This document shows, piece after piece, positions 49,333 through 57,772 of a stretch of DNA of 64,000 nt. Every line of letters starts with the position of its first letter. Position 1 is the first letter of the stretch. The notes below the pieces were generated by a model, which saw only the letters and a program-made list of their open reading frames with translations, did no database searches and was not told the origin of the DNA. This stretch comes from Candidatus Omnitrophota bacterium. GTDB taxonomy: Bacteria > Omnitrophota > Omnitrophia > Omnitrophales > Aquincolibacteriaceae. Position numbers and translations under genes: made by a program. The stretch covers positions 7,605 through 71,604 of the forward strand of contig JAYTHE010000011.1 in the NCBI GenBank assembly GCA_043732705.1, in the 5' to 3' direction.

Positions 49333-50691
49333 TTACACCTTGTCTTTAAAAACCATGACGCGGTTACGGCCGTCATCTTTGGCTTGATATAAACATTTAT
49401 CGGCGGCTTGTATCAAACGATCCACTATGGGGGCAGTGTCAGCTGAATCCGCAAGAGTTGAATTTTGCGGATCATACGTTGCTATCCCCTGGCTCACCGT
49501 TACTTTTGCTTCCACATGATAGAGCTTAAACGTATGGCGCGCAATATAGGATCGAATACGCTCAGCAACTTCAAGCGCAGCCTGCGGTTTTGTCTCAGGC
49601 ATAACAACGATAAACTCTTCACCGCCATAACGCCCCACCAAATCCACCCGTCGAACATTTAATTTTAAAATTTCGGATACTTTTTTAAGAGTGGCATCGC
49701 CCACTAAATGACCGAATTCGTCATTATATCTTTTGAAATGGTCAATGTCCAACATCAGAAGTGAGAGCGGTGTTTTAAAGCGCTGGCTGCGTTTAATTTC
49801 TTCATGCAGACGTTCCATGAAATGCCTTCGCACAAAAACCTGGGTTAAATCATCAACAATAGACAAATCACGGATCGTTTCGTAAAGACTGATTTTTTTC
49901 ACTAAAAGCGCGAGAAAAGAACTTAAAACTTCTATCTTCGCCAAATCTTTTTCTTCAGCGCCCTGAATTCCAAAAACAGCGTATAAGTCATTCTTATCAA
50001 ATGCCGGAAAATACCAGGTGGTCTCATCGCGGATCATTTGACGGTTGCCTTCCAACCGGCTCAAGAGATCCTGGCTTTGTTCCTGGGAGTCAGCAAGCGC
50101 TACTTGCCCGTCATGCGTTATTTCGAGCGTACGAAAAAACTTTTTATCGCGTAAAGGAATCCAAATAAACACTTTGGAAAATAAAATTTCGTTCTTCAAC
50201 GTTTTTGCGAGATTTTCGGCTAAGCCTGAAAAATCAATTGCCTCACTCAACTCTCTCGCGATTTCGAACAAATTCAAAAGACTGGCCACTTGCCTTTCCA
50301 AATGCTCAAGACTTTGTTGCCTGGAATCATATTTTTTCCGTGACGCGTCTAATTCCCGGTTTTTTTCAGAAACTTTTGCGGTACGCTGCTGAATGCGAAT
50401 CTTAAAAATTTCTTTTACAATCACCAGCGCGGAGACAATCGCGGCGCAAAGCAGCCAAAGCATAATCAAGTGCTCCCATCCGGCATGCAAACCAAAGTAG
50501 ATTTGCCAGCCAGAAAAGACGATTACGCCCGCGATCAAAACCCGTGTCTGTTTCTCCGCCCACCAGTAGAAAAACGGCAGGGCCCAAAACGGTGATAATA
50601 AAAAATGAAAGACCCGGAACTCAATACTTTGGCGGGTAAATAAAAATGACAGCACCGAAAAGACGGCGAAAATCAGGAGGGCGCGCAGCAT
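49333..50691 (-). CDS. Membrane-anchored diguanylate cyclase
   Basis: 4 N-terminal TM, coiled coil, GAF-like region, DIDHFK..ND.FGH..GD, RRVD I-site, RYGGEEF. Confidence 0.9.
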   Translation of the reverse strand: MLRALLIFAVFSVLSFLFTRQSIEFRVFHFLLSPFWALPFFYWWAEKQTRVLIAGVIVFSGWQIYFGLHAGWEHLIMLWLLCAAIVSALVIVKEIFKIRIQQRTAKVSEKNRELDASRKKYDSRQQSLEHLERQVASLLNLFEIARELSEAIDFSGLAENLAKTLKNEILFSKVFIWIPLRDKKFFRTLEITHDGQVALADSQEQSQDLLSRLEGNRQMIRDETTWYFPAFDKNDLYAVFGIQGAEEKDLAKIEVLSSFLALLVKKISLYETIRDLSIVDDLTQVFVRRHFMERLHEEIKRSQRFKTPLSLLMLDIDHFKRYNDEFGHLVGDATLKKVSEILKLNVRRVDLVGRYGGEEFIVVMPETKPQAALEVAERIRSYIARHTFKLYHVEAKVTVSQGIATYDPQNSTLADSADTAPIVDRLIQAADKCLYQAKDDGRNRVMVFKDKV

Positions 50692-52115
50692 ACTCGATTC
50701 CTCCCCGCTTTTTTGGCGTCATAGAGCGCTGAATCGGCCTTTTGCACAAGCGACTCAATCTCAAGCGTATCATCAGGCAAACTTGCCACACCTATCGAAA
50801 CTGTTAAACGCACTTCTTGGCGGCGTAAATTAAAAACAGCGCTCTCAACTGCTTTACAAATTTCTTCGGCCTGCCTCACCGCGTCTTGCTTATTGGTTTC
50901 AGGCAAAATAATCGAGAATTCTTCTCCGCCGTACCGGGCTAATACCGCTCCTTCCGCCTGCTTTTTCAAAAGGTCGGTAAATTGCGTCAAAATTAAATCG
51001 CCGGCTTGATGTCCGTACTGATCATTAATGGGCTTAAAATAATCTAAATCGCACATTAAGAGCGACAAAGGCTTGTGTGTCAATAAGGCCCGCCTGTGTT
51101 CTTCGTTTAAACGCGAATAAAAATAACGTCTCACGTACAGGCCGGTTAAGGAATCGCGAATCGCTAACTCATTCGTGCGCTCATAAAGAATCGAATTGGA
51201 AATAGCGGATGAAGAAAGCATACCAATCGCGTCCAAAAGCCTCAAATCATCATGCGTAAATATATTGGAATGCCGCGAGTACAGCCCTAAAGTTCCCATC
51301 ACCCGCCCTTCACTGATCAGAGGTGTCACAATCAAGCTTCTCAACCCTTCGGCATTCATTTGCATTTGAGACGCAAATCGAAAATCAGACTGCGAATCCG
51401 TGACAATTAAACGCTTCCTGTTTTTGGTCACCCACAAATCATAGCTGTTTCCTTCCTGGGAAGCCGGTACGTCTTGCGGCCCGGAATTCTTCCGCGCGAC
51501 AATCGGTAAATGTCCGCCTTCGGTTTGTGCCAAGGTAATCGCACAGTAATTACCCCGGGCAATAAAGCGGAAAGTTTGCTCGACCAAAGTACTCGTGACT
51601 TCTTCGATTGAAAGCATTCGTGCTAAATCTTCGGCGAGCTTTCGGAGATTATAATAAGTGGAATACTTTTCAAAAAAAACGCTGATGCCTTCTCCCCGGA
51701 GTTTATAAGAAACTTGGAGATCATTGAGCTGATCCTGAATTTTCTCCAAATCCGTGTCTAGCAAAGCGCTTTCTTGTTCATAATCACGCGCTAAATAGAC
51801 GATGACAAGCGTGAAGGCCAGCAAGAAAGCGGCGGACCAAAGAAAAACGGATGTTGCCGCTGTAAAAGAAATAAAAATAATGAGAACAAACGCGGAAATC
51901 AGAAAAATATTGAGCGCCACCCAACGAAAGGCCGCCCAACTCAAAACGAGAGGAAGAAATAAGACAGCAAGCGCCAAGGCAATTTGCGAGAGCAAGTGGC
52001 CGGGCTCCACCGATGTGGGCAGCGCGGTCAGCTGCTTAATCGAAAAGAAGGCGGACGTGAAATAGATGAGAAGCGATACGGCCAGTAAAATATGACGTCG
52101 TGATGCGCCAAACAT
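50673..52115 (-). CDS. Membrane-anchored GAF-GGDEF diguanylate cyclase
   Basis: 4 TM, GAF (SLIVTPL...GTL), DLDYFK.IND.YGH.AGD, RYGGEEF. Confidence 0.9.
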   Translation of the reverse strand: MFGASRRHILLAVSLLIYFTSAFFSIKQLTALPTSVEPGHLLSQIALALAVLFLPLVLSWAAFRWVALNIFLISAFVLIIFISFTAATSVFLWSAAFLLAFTLVIVYLARDYEQESALLDTDLEKIQDQLNDLQVSYKLRGEGISVFFEKYSTYYNLRKLAEDLARMLSIEEVTSTLVEQTFRFIARGNYCAITLAQTEGGHLPIVARKNSGPQDVPASQEGNSYDLWVTKNRKRLIVTDSQSDFRFASQMQMNAEGLRSLIVTPLISEGRVMGTLGLYSRHSNIFTHDDLRLLDAIGMLSSSAISNSILYERTNELAIRDSLTGLYVRRYFYSRLNEEHRRALLTHKPLSLLMCDLDYFKPINDQYGHQAGDLILTQFTDLLKKQAEGAVLARYGGEEFSIILPETNKQDAVRQAEEICKAVESAVFNLRRQEVRLTVSIGVASLPDDTLEIESLVQKADSALYDAKKAGRNRVCCAPS

Positions 52116-52126
52116 GGCTGGCGTAT

Positions 52127-53230
52127 TTATCGGAGCGCCATGCCCGTTTCGGGATCAAAGAATAATGCTTTACTCATATCGAAGACAACCTGCACATCTT
52201 GATTCGTGCTCGCCGTATCTTGATTGGAAACGCGGACGACGAAATTACTTTCACCCGCGTTAAGATAAAGATAAATTTCAGATCCCATCGGTTCAACCAC
52301 GTCCACGGTAGCGGTCAGGGTAAATTCCGGCCGCGCGTCCTGCGCAAAAATTTTATCGTAAATATCTTCCGACCGGATCCCCATTAAAATCTTCTTGCGG
52401 CCAAACCGCTGCAGCTTGTCATTATCGCTCGGCAGCACACGCAGCTTAACGCCGCGGCTCATAAAATAATAATCCTGGCCTTCACGGACCACTTCACCGT
52501 TAAAGAAATTCATCGGAGGCGACCCGATAAAACCGGCGACAAAATGATTGGCCGGATTTTCATACAAAATAACCGGTTCATCCACCTGCTGAATCGCGCC
52601 TTTATTCATGACCGTGATGCGGTCACCCAAAGTTAACGCCTCAACCTGATCATGCGTCACATAGATCATCGTGCACTGCAATCGATTATGAAGCTTTTGA
52701 AGCTCCATGCGCATTTGAACGCGAAGCTTCGCGTCTAAATTTGAAAGCGGTTCATCAAAAAGAAAAACCTTGGGCTTTCGAACAATGGCGCGCCCGACGG
52801 CAACACGCTGACGTTCACCGCCTGAAAGCTCTTTGGGTTTGCGATTGAGATAGTTGGAAATGCTTAAAATTTCAGCCGCCTCGGTTACACGGCGCTCGAT
52901 TTCTTTTTTAGGGTACTTTCTCAGCTTAAGCGCGAATGCCAGGTTTTCATAAATGGTCATATGCGGATAAAGCGCATAGTTTTGGAAGACCATGGCGATA
53001 TCGCGGTTTTTTGCGGGAATATCGTTCACCAGCACATCGTCGATAAAAATTTGTCCTTCCGTGATTTCTTCAAGACCCGCGACCATTCGCAAAGTGGTAG
53101 ATTTGCCGCAGCCCGACGGCCCGACCAACACCATAAACTCTTTGTCCTCAATTTCCAAATTAACGTTTTTAACGACTTGATTGCCGTTTGAATAGGTTTT
53201 GCAGATATTACGAAGACTCACACGGGCCAT
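52127..53230 (-). CDS. ugpC: MalK/UgpC/MsmX-family carbohydrate ABC transporter ATPase
   Basis: GPSGCGKSTTLR, FQNYALYPHM, LSGGERQRVA, DEPLSNLD, C-terminal TOBE region. The symbol is family-level only. Confidence 0.9.
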   Translation of the reverse strand: MARVSLRNICKTYSNGNQVVKNVNLEIEDKEFMVLVGPSGCGKSTTLRMVAGLEEITEGQIFIDDVLVNDIPAKNRDIAMVFQNYALYPHMTIYENLAFALKLRKYPKKEIERRVTEAAEILSISNYLNRKPKELSGGERQRVAVGRAIVRKPKVFLFDEPLSNLDAKLRVQMRMELQKLHNRLQCTMIYVTHDQVEALTLGDRITVMNKGAIQQVDEPVILYENPANHFVAGFIGSPPMNFFNGEVVREGQDYYFMSRGVKLRVLPSDNDKLQRFGRKKILMGIRSEDIYDKIFAQDARPEFTLTATVDVVEPMGSEIYLYLNAGESNFVVRVSNQDTASTNQDVQVVFDMSKALFFDPETGMALR

Positions 53231-53240
53231 GAAATACTCC

Positions 53241-54077
53241 TTATTTCCTTCCTGCCAAAAGTTCTAGCAGAAGCGCAAGCGAAGATTTTAGCTGGTGCCG
53301 TGAAATCACGGAATCCACCATTCCTTTTCTTAAAACAAATTCAGAAGTCTGAAAATCATCCGGTAATTTTTGACGAATCGTCTGCTCAATCACGCGCGGG
53401 CCGGCAAAACCAATCAAGGCCCGGGGCTCCGCTAAAATAACATCGCCAAGCGACGCGAAACTTGCCATCACCCCGCCCATCGTCGGGTTTGTAAGAACTG
53501 ATATATAAAGAAGTCCCGCTTTTTGAAAGCGATTGAGCGCGAGCGATGTTTTTGCCATTTGCATTAAACTGAGTGCGCCTTCATACATGCGCGCTCCGCC
53601 GCCAGAACCAGAAACAATTATCACGGGGAGCTTCTTTTCGAGGCAAGTTTCGATCAGCCTTGTGATCTTTTCACCGACAACGGAGCCCATCGACCCCATG
53701 ATAAAACGGGAATCCGTTACCGCTAAACCGCAGGCTTGGCCGCTAATCTTCGTCAACCCTGTTAAACACGCATCTTTGAGTCCGGTTTTCTTTTGATCCT
53801 GACGGATTTTTTCCTTATAGGACTTAACTGCGGAAAAATTGAGCGGGTCCTGAGAGATAAGACCGGCATTGATTTCGTTGAAAGTTCCCTCATCCACGAG
53901 CTGGGTAATACGCTCGGCGGCTCCGACAATAAAATGGTATTCACACTTCGGACAAACCGAGAGATTGTCTTTAAGCGCCTTATTAAAGATAATACTGTCG
54001 CACTCAGGACATTTTGTCCAAAGACCTGCAGGGATACTTCTCTTTCGGATCGGGCTCGGAGCGGAACTTTCAGCCAT
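53241..54077 (-). CDS. accD: Acetyl-CoA carboxylase carboxyltransferase beta subunit
   Basis: LWTKCPEC...CPKC zinc ribbon, MGSMGSVVGEK, GGARMYEG, FAGPRVIEQT. Confidence 0.96.
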   Translation of the reverse strand: MAESSAPSPIRKRSIPAGLWTKCPECDSIIFNKALKDNLSVCPKCEYHFIVGAAERITQLVDEGTFNEINAGLISQDPLNFSAVKSYKEKIRQDQKKTGLKDACLTGLTKISGQACGLAVTDSRFIMGSMGSVVGEKITRLIETCLEKKLPVIIVSGSGGGARMYEGALSLMQMAKTSLALNRFQKAGLLYISVLTNPTMGGVMASFASLGDVILAEPRALIGFAGPRVIEQTIRQKLPDDFQTSEFVLRKGMVDSVISRHQLKSSLALLLELLAGRK

Positions 54078-54141
54078 GAAGATGGTGACCCTTCGTTAAG
54101 TTTTAGATACAATGCTTAAAACGACAGATTGCCGACCGGGA

Positions 54142-54171
54142 ATTATAGAAAAAACATCCCTACACGGTCAA
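54142..54171 (-). promoter_or_regulatory. Putative sigma70 promoter of the accD operon
   Basis: Minus strand TTGACC (54171-54166), 18 nt, TATAAT (54147-54142). Confidence 0.5.
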
Positions 54172-54205
54172 TCTATTCTTCCGGTTCGGGGGCCGGAGTT
54201 AATTC

Positions 54206-55609
54206 ATGGATCAGCGCGCTTTACAACAACAATCGCAGAAGCTTCATCTTTCGCCTCAGTTGCGGCAGTATTTGAAGTTCCTTTATTTGCCGCAAATGGA
54301 GCTGCGCGACGCACTGCAGCAGGAACTTGCAGAAAATCCCGCATTGGAAGAAATATCCGAAGCGCCGGCTTCAGACGCGGACACACCCGATAATCCCGAT
54401 GAAAAAAAGGAAGAGCGGTCTGTCTCGGATGAACAAGGCGCGGATTCCTTCCCGGAAATTGATTTTTCACGCCGGAATCAGCGCGATCTTCAATCGATCC
54501 ATCAATTTCAAGAAACATCACTTTCCAAGCCTGCCACTCTCTCGGAGCATCTCGAGCGTCAAATATCATTTCAAAATTGGACTCCTCAGGAAATGAAAAT
54601 CGCCAAATTGATTACGGGAAATTTAGATTTGGAAGGTTTCTTAAGAATTGATTTAACCGATATTGCGGAGGCAACCAAAACTCCGCAAGTTGAAATCGAA
54701 AAGGTTCTTCAATTGGTTCAGGGACTTAATCCTCCGGGAGTCGCGGCTCGCTCTTTAGAAGAATGCCTCCAGCTTCAACTCCGTCGAAAACATCCGGGAC
54801 ACCCGGTTTATGAAAAGATAGTTTCTGAGCATCTTTCCGACGTGGCAAGAAGAGACGCAAAAACGCTTTCTAGAAAATTAAATATCTCGATCAAAGAAGC
54901 TGAGGAAGCGATCACGGAAGTAACGCGCCTCGATCCCCGCCCCGCGCGTGATTTTCATGAAACACGGCATCTCCAAATTGTGCCCGACGCTCAGATTCAT
55001 TTCAAAGGGACTTCGCAAACTGAATTTGACATTGAAATTTTCAAAGAATATCTTCCCCGCTTCCGGTTAAGCCCCGAATACCGCCGCATGCTGAGAGATC
55101 CTAAAGTGGACGCCGCAACAAAAAATTATCTCAAGTCAAAAATAGCCGACGGCAGCCAGCTCATGAAGGCGCTTGATTTAAGAGAGTCCACGTTGCGCCT
55201 CATTTCACAAGAAATTGTAAAAACCCAAGCCGAGTTTTTTACGTACGGATTTTCGCACTTGAAGCCTCTGCGGCTAAAAGACTTGGCGGAAATTCTTGGC
55301 ATGCACCCTTCAACGATCAGCCGCGCTATTCACGAAAAATATGTCATGACACCTCAAGGAACTTTGCCCTTTAAAAGTTTTTTCTCTCAGCGGGTTGAAA
55401 CCGGCGGGGGCGAAGACGAATCACAGAAAAGTATTTTGATGCGGATTCAAAAAATGATTGAAAATGAAGACCCCGCGCATCCGCTCAGCGATCAGCACAT
55501 CGTCGAACAACTCAAGGCGGACAATGTGTCAATCGCCCGACGCACAGTCGCAAAATACCGGGAAATGCTTAAAATTCTGCCGACCCATCTTCGTAAAAAA
55601 CGGGGCTAG
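54206..55609 (+). CDS. rpoN: RNA polymerase sigma-54 factor
   Basis: Q/L-rich region I, ENPALE, PPGVAARSL.ECL, HPSTISRA, RpoN box ARRTVAKYRE. Confidence 0.96.
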   Translation: MDQRALQQQSQKLHLSPQLRQYLKFLYLPQMELRDALQQELAENPALEEISEAPASDADTPDNPDEKKEERSVSDEQGADSFPEIDFSRRNQRDLQSIHQFQETSLSKPATLSEHLERQISFQNWTPQEMKIAKLITGNLDLEGFLRIDLTDIAEATKTPQVEIEKVLQLVQGLNPPGVAARSLEECLQLQLRRKHPGHPVYEKIVSEHLSDVARRDAKTLSRKLNISIKEAEEAITEVTRLDPRPARDFHETRHLQIVPDAQIHFKGTSQTEFDIEIFKEYLPRFRLSPEYRRMLRDPKVDAATKNYLKSKIADGSQLMKALDLRESTLRLISQEIVKTQAEFFTYGFSHLKPLRLKDLAEILGMHPSTISRAIHEKYVMTPQGTLPFKSFFSQRVETGGGEDESQKSILMRIQKMIENEDPAHPLSDQHIVEQLKADNVSIARRTVAKYREMLKILPTHLRKKRG

Positions 55610-55658
55610 CGACATTCGCGTCGAGTTACGAAGTTAACCGCGCGATAAACCATAAAGT

Positions 55659-55676
55659 AGCTGGTGGTCAGAATCG
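55659..55676 (-). repeat. 18-bp direct repeat of the tRNA-Thr 3' end (att-like)
   Basis: AGCTGGTGGTCAGAATCG at 55659-55676 is identical to 55855-55872 (tRNA T-loop to discriminator). Confidence 0.85.
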
Positions 55677-55854
55677 GCGCCTTTCGTTCATGCCCGCTAG
55701 TCGCGGCATTGACTTTAGGTGGCCACTCGCCGCGCCCGGTCTTCTCTGCATTCAAATCTGATATTAAATCAGATTTTCATTTCGTTCATCAGCATGAATT
55801 GCGCGGCTCACTTCAATTCTGCTTATTAAATGTCGCTCATGCGAGCGACTAGAA

Positions 55855-55927
55855 AGCTGGTGGTCAGAATCGAACTGACGACCTACTGTTTACGAAACAG
55901 TTGCTCTACCAACTGAGCTACACCAGC
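55855..55927 (-). tRNA. tRNA-Thr(CGT), CCA not encoded
   Basis: Minus strand: acceptor stem GCTGGTG/CACCAGC, D-arm TAGCTCAGTTGGTAGAGC, anticodon arm ACTGT-TTCGTAA-ACAGT, T-arm GTCAG-TTCGATT-CTGAC. Confidence 0.95.
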
Positions 55928-55982
55928 CTGAAGAGCGGCGATTCTACACAAATTAATCTTAAAGATAAAGCAAGATGAACTG

Positions 55983-56516
55983 CTAAGACAGCAATCCGTT
56001 TACGCATGCAAATCCGATAATCGTTTTCGCGTCTTCAATCTTGCCCGTTTTGATCATTTTACCGATTTGTTTTAAATTGAACTCTCGAATTTCAAATTCT
56101 TCGTCTTCATCTTTCTCGGCATAAGCGGGTTTTAAATTTCTCGCCAAAAAGAGATGCATTTTTTCTTCTGAAATTCCTGGGGTTGGAAAGAAAGCAAGCA
56201 GCTTTTTTAAGCTGCCCGCCGCATATCCTGCCTCTTCGGTTAATTCACGTTTTGCCGCATTAATAACGGATTCACCTTTTTCTATGCCGCCAGCAGGAAA
56301 CTCCCACATCCATCCCCTCGCCGCATAGCGGTACTGTTTAACCAATAAAAAACGGCCGCGTTGAATTTGCGGAACAATCACGACACAACCCGGATGTTCG
56401 ATTGATTGGCGGAAAAATCTTTGCTTTCCTACTTGAAGATGACATTCCACCAAAACGGAACGATTCAGTTTAATCAGCGTTTTCTTTTTTAAGATCCGCA
56501 CTCTTTTTTCTATCAT
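55983..56516 (-). CDS. NUDIX hydrolase (ADP-ribose pyrophosphatase-like)
   Basis: HPG.V, VKQYRY, EFPAGGIEKGE....AAKRELTEEAGY Nudix box, DAKT. Start placed at ATG 56516. Confidence 0.9.
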   Translation of the reverse strand: MIEKRVRILKKKTLIKLNRSVLVECHLQVGKQRFFRQSIEHPGCVVIVPQIQRGRFLLVKQYRYAARGWMWEFPAGGIEKGESVINAAKRELTEEAGYAAGSLKKLLAFFPTPGISEEKMHLFLARNLKPAYAEKDEDEEFEIREFNLKQIGKMIKTGKIEDAKTIIGFACVNGLLS

Positions 56517-56526
56517 TTTCCTCTCA

Positions 56527-57141
56527 TCAGGAATTGGAGTTAAATCGAAAGGTAATCGGTATAAATAAACGCCGGCTTCCGTCTTTTGGTAAATCCATGG
56601 TCCATTCCTGAACAGCTTCAATCGCTGCCTGGTCTAAGTCCGCAGAGCCGGAAGAGTGCGCCACTTGTACCGATACAACTCTTCCGAAGTTATCCAATTC
56701 AGCATCTAAAATAACACGTCCTTCACGCCCCAAGCGCCGGGCGCTTTCCGGATAAACCGGCGCGCGATTCCAAGTTTTCGCGGAAGGTGCCGGAGTTTTT
56801 GTAAACGACACCAGCTGGCCGCGGCTAAAAGGCTTGTCGGGTTTCTGATTTAAATGCGAACGCGCCTGTGTCGGCGGATGAATTGGCCCGGAATCCCAAT
56901 TTTTAACTGGCGAAATATTTTTTTCAATTTTGGATTGTCTGGGTTCCGTCTTTGAAACATTCTTGATTATATTTCTTTGCGGGGACTCAATTGAGCGGAC
57001 CAGCTCAACCGAAACAGGCACGTGGAAATCATCGATCCTTGAGGGGTACGTAAGCGTATTTTTTGTGGCGGGTACAAAGTGAAAAAGTAGCAGGCTATGC
57101 GCCCCCAAAGATACTGCGAACGCAATTTGAAGATTCGTCAA
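56527..57141 (-). CDS. tonB: TonB-family energy transducer
   Basis: N-terminal TM with S...H (SLGAH), Pro-containing linker, PVYPESARRLGREGRV, SSG...LDQAA..AV..W. Confidence 0.85.
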   Translation of the reverse strand: MTNLQIAFAVSLGAHSLLLFHFVPATKNTLTYPSRIDDFHVPVSVELVRSIESPQRNIIKNVSKTEPRQSKIEKNISPVKNWDSGPIHPPTQARSHLNQKPDKPFSRGQLVSFTKTPAPSAKTWNRAPVYPESARRLGREGRVILDAELDNFGRVVSVQVAHSSGSADLDQAAIEAVQEWTMDLPKDGSRRLFIPITFRFNSNS

Positions 57142-57171
57142 TCGTAAAATAGGGCCAACCTCAATTAAAGA

Positions 57172-57648
57172 CTATGCTTTTTCACGAAGCTCCATTTCTT
57201 GAGCCTCTTTTGACAATCCAAAAATCCGGTGGTCATGAAAAACAATTTTAAAACCATGCTTACGCGCGACTTCATCTTGAAGTTTTTCGATTTCATCGGA
57301 ATGAAATTCAATAATCTTACCCGTCTTAATACAAATCATATGGTCGTGATGACCCTTAATTGAAACTCTTTCGAAGTAATCCCGTTTTCCGGCGCCCGCA
57401 GACTTTTGAATAATTGCGCATTCCAGTAAAAGCGGCAGGGTTCGATAAACAGTATCGCGGGCAATCCGGTAACCTTTCTTCTTCAAACGGTCATAAAGGC
57501 TGTCAGCGTCAAAGTGTTCGTTTAACTTTTCAATTTCTTCAAAAATATGGCGCCGCTCAAAGGTAAACTTAAGTTTTTTTTGAGTCAAGAGCTCTAAAAA
57601 TTTCGCCTGATCCACACCCATTTTTTCCACACTCGTTACTTTAGGCAT
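57172..57648 (-). CDS. fur: Fur-family transcriptional regulator
   Basis: T.ER..I, HFDAD, TVYRTL, HHDHMICIKTG.IIEF. Start placed at ATG 57648. Confidence 0.88.
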   Translation of the reverse strand: MPKVTSVEKMGVDQAKFLELLTQKKLKFTFERRHIFEEIEKLNEHFDADSLYDRLKKKGYRIARDTVYRTLPLLLECAIIQKSAGAGKRDYFERVSIKGHHDHMICIKTGKIIEFHSDEIEKLQDEVARKHGFKIVFHDHRIFGLSKEAQEMELREKA

Positions 57649-57698
57649 AATCAATCTCCCACTCGTATCTTCATATCAAACATTCATAGTCTGAACGG

Positions 57699-57726
57699 AT
57701 TATAAGCGTGAGGGAGATTTCTGCAA
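57699..57726 (-). promoter_or_regulatory. Putative sigma70 promoter of fur
   Basis: Minus strand TTGCAG (57726-57721), 16 nt, TATAAT (57704-57699). Confidence 0.45.
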
Positions 57727-57742
57727 CAGATTCTGCAATATA

Positions 57743-57770
57743 TAAGGTACAAACTGCAGTTTGTACCTTA
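57743..57770. repeat. Perfect 28-bp palindrome (terminator-like hairpin or protein-binding site)
   Basis: TAAGGTACAAACTG|CAGTTTGTACCTTA, 2 nt after the giant ORF's stop codon. Confidence 0.85.
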
Positions 57771-57772
57771 AA

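Noticed and set aside
55745-55800. Hammerhead-ribozyme-like core on the minus strand: CTGATGA-acgaaat-GAAA-[atctgat/atcagat stem]-TT
   Set aside because: Core order and a stem III are present, but stem II would be a single A-U pair and stem I cannot form next to the core (G opposite G). It would need an Rfam/Infernal hit or a cleavage assay.
55664-55852. 62-aa ORF inside the tRNA-linked element
   Set aside because: It starts within the tRNA-derived repeat, has no RBS or recognisable motif, and is better explained as non-coding.
8486-56621. Long N-terminal extensions in the ORF track (starts 8587, 15741, 28948, 32146, 35462, 40756, 49376, 56621)
   Set aside because: Most overlap the upstream gene extensively. 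Downstream starts fit family boundaries and typical stop/start coupling.
57653-57719. AATCTCCC/GGGAGATT inverted repeat that could sequester the fur RBS
   Set aside because: One arm lies in the predicted -35/-10 spacer and would not be in the transcript from that promoter.
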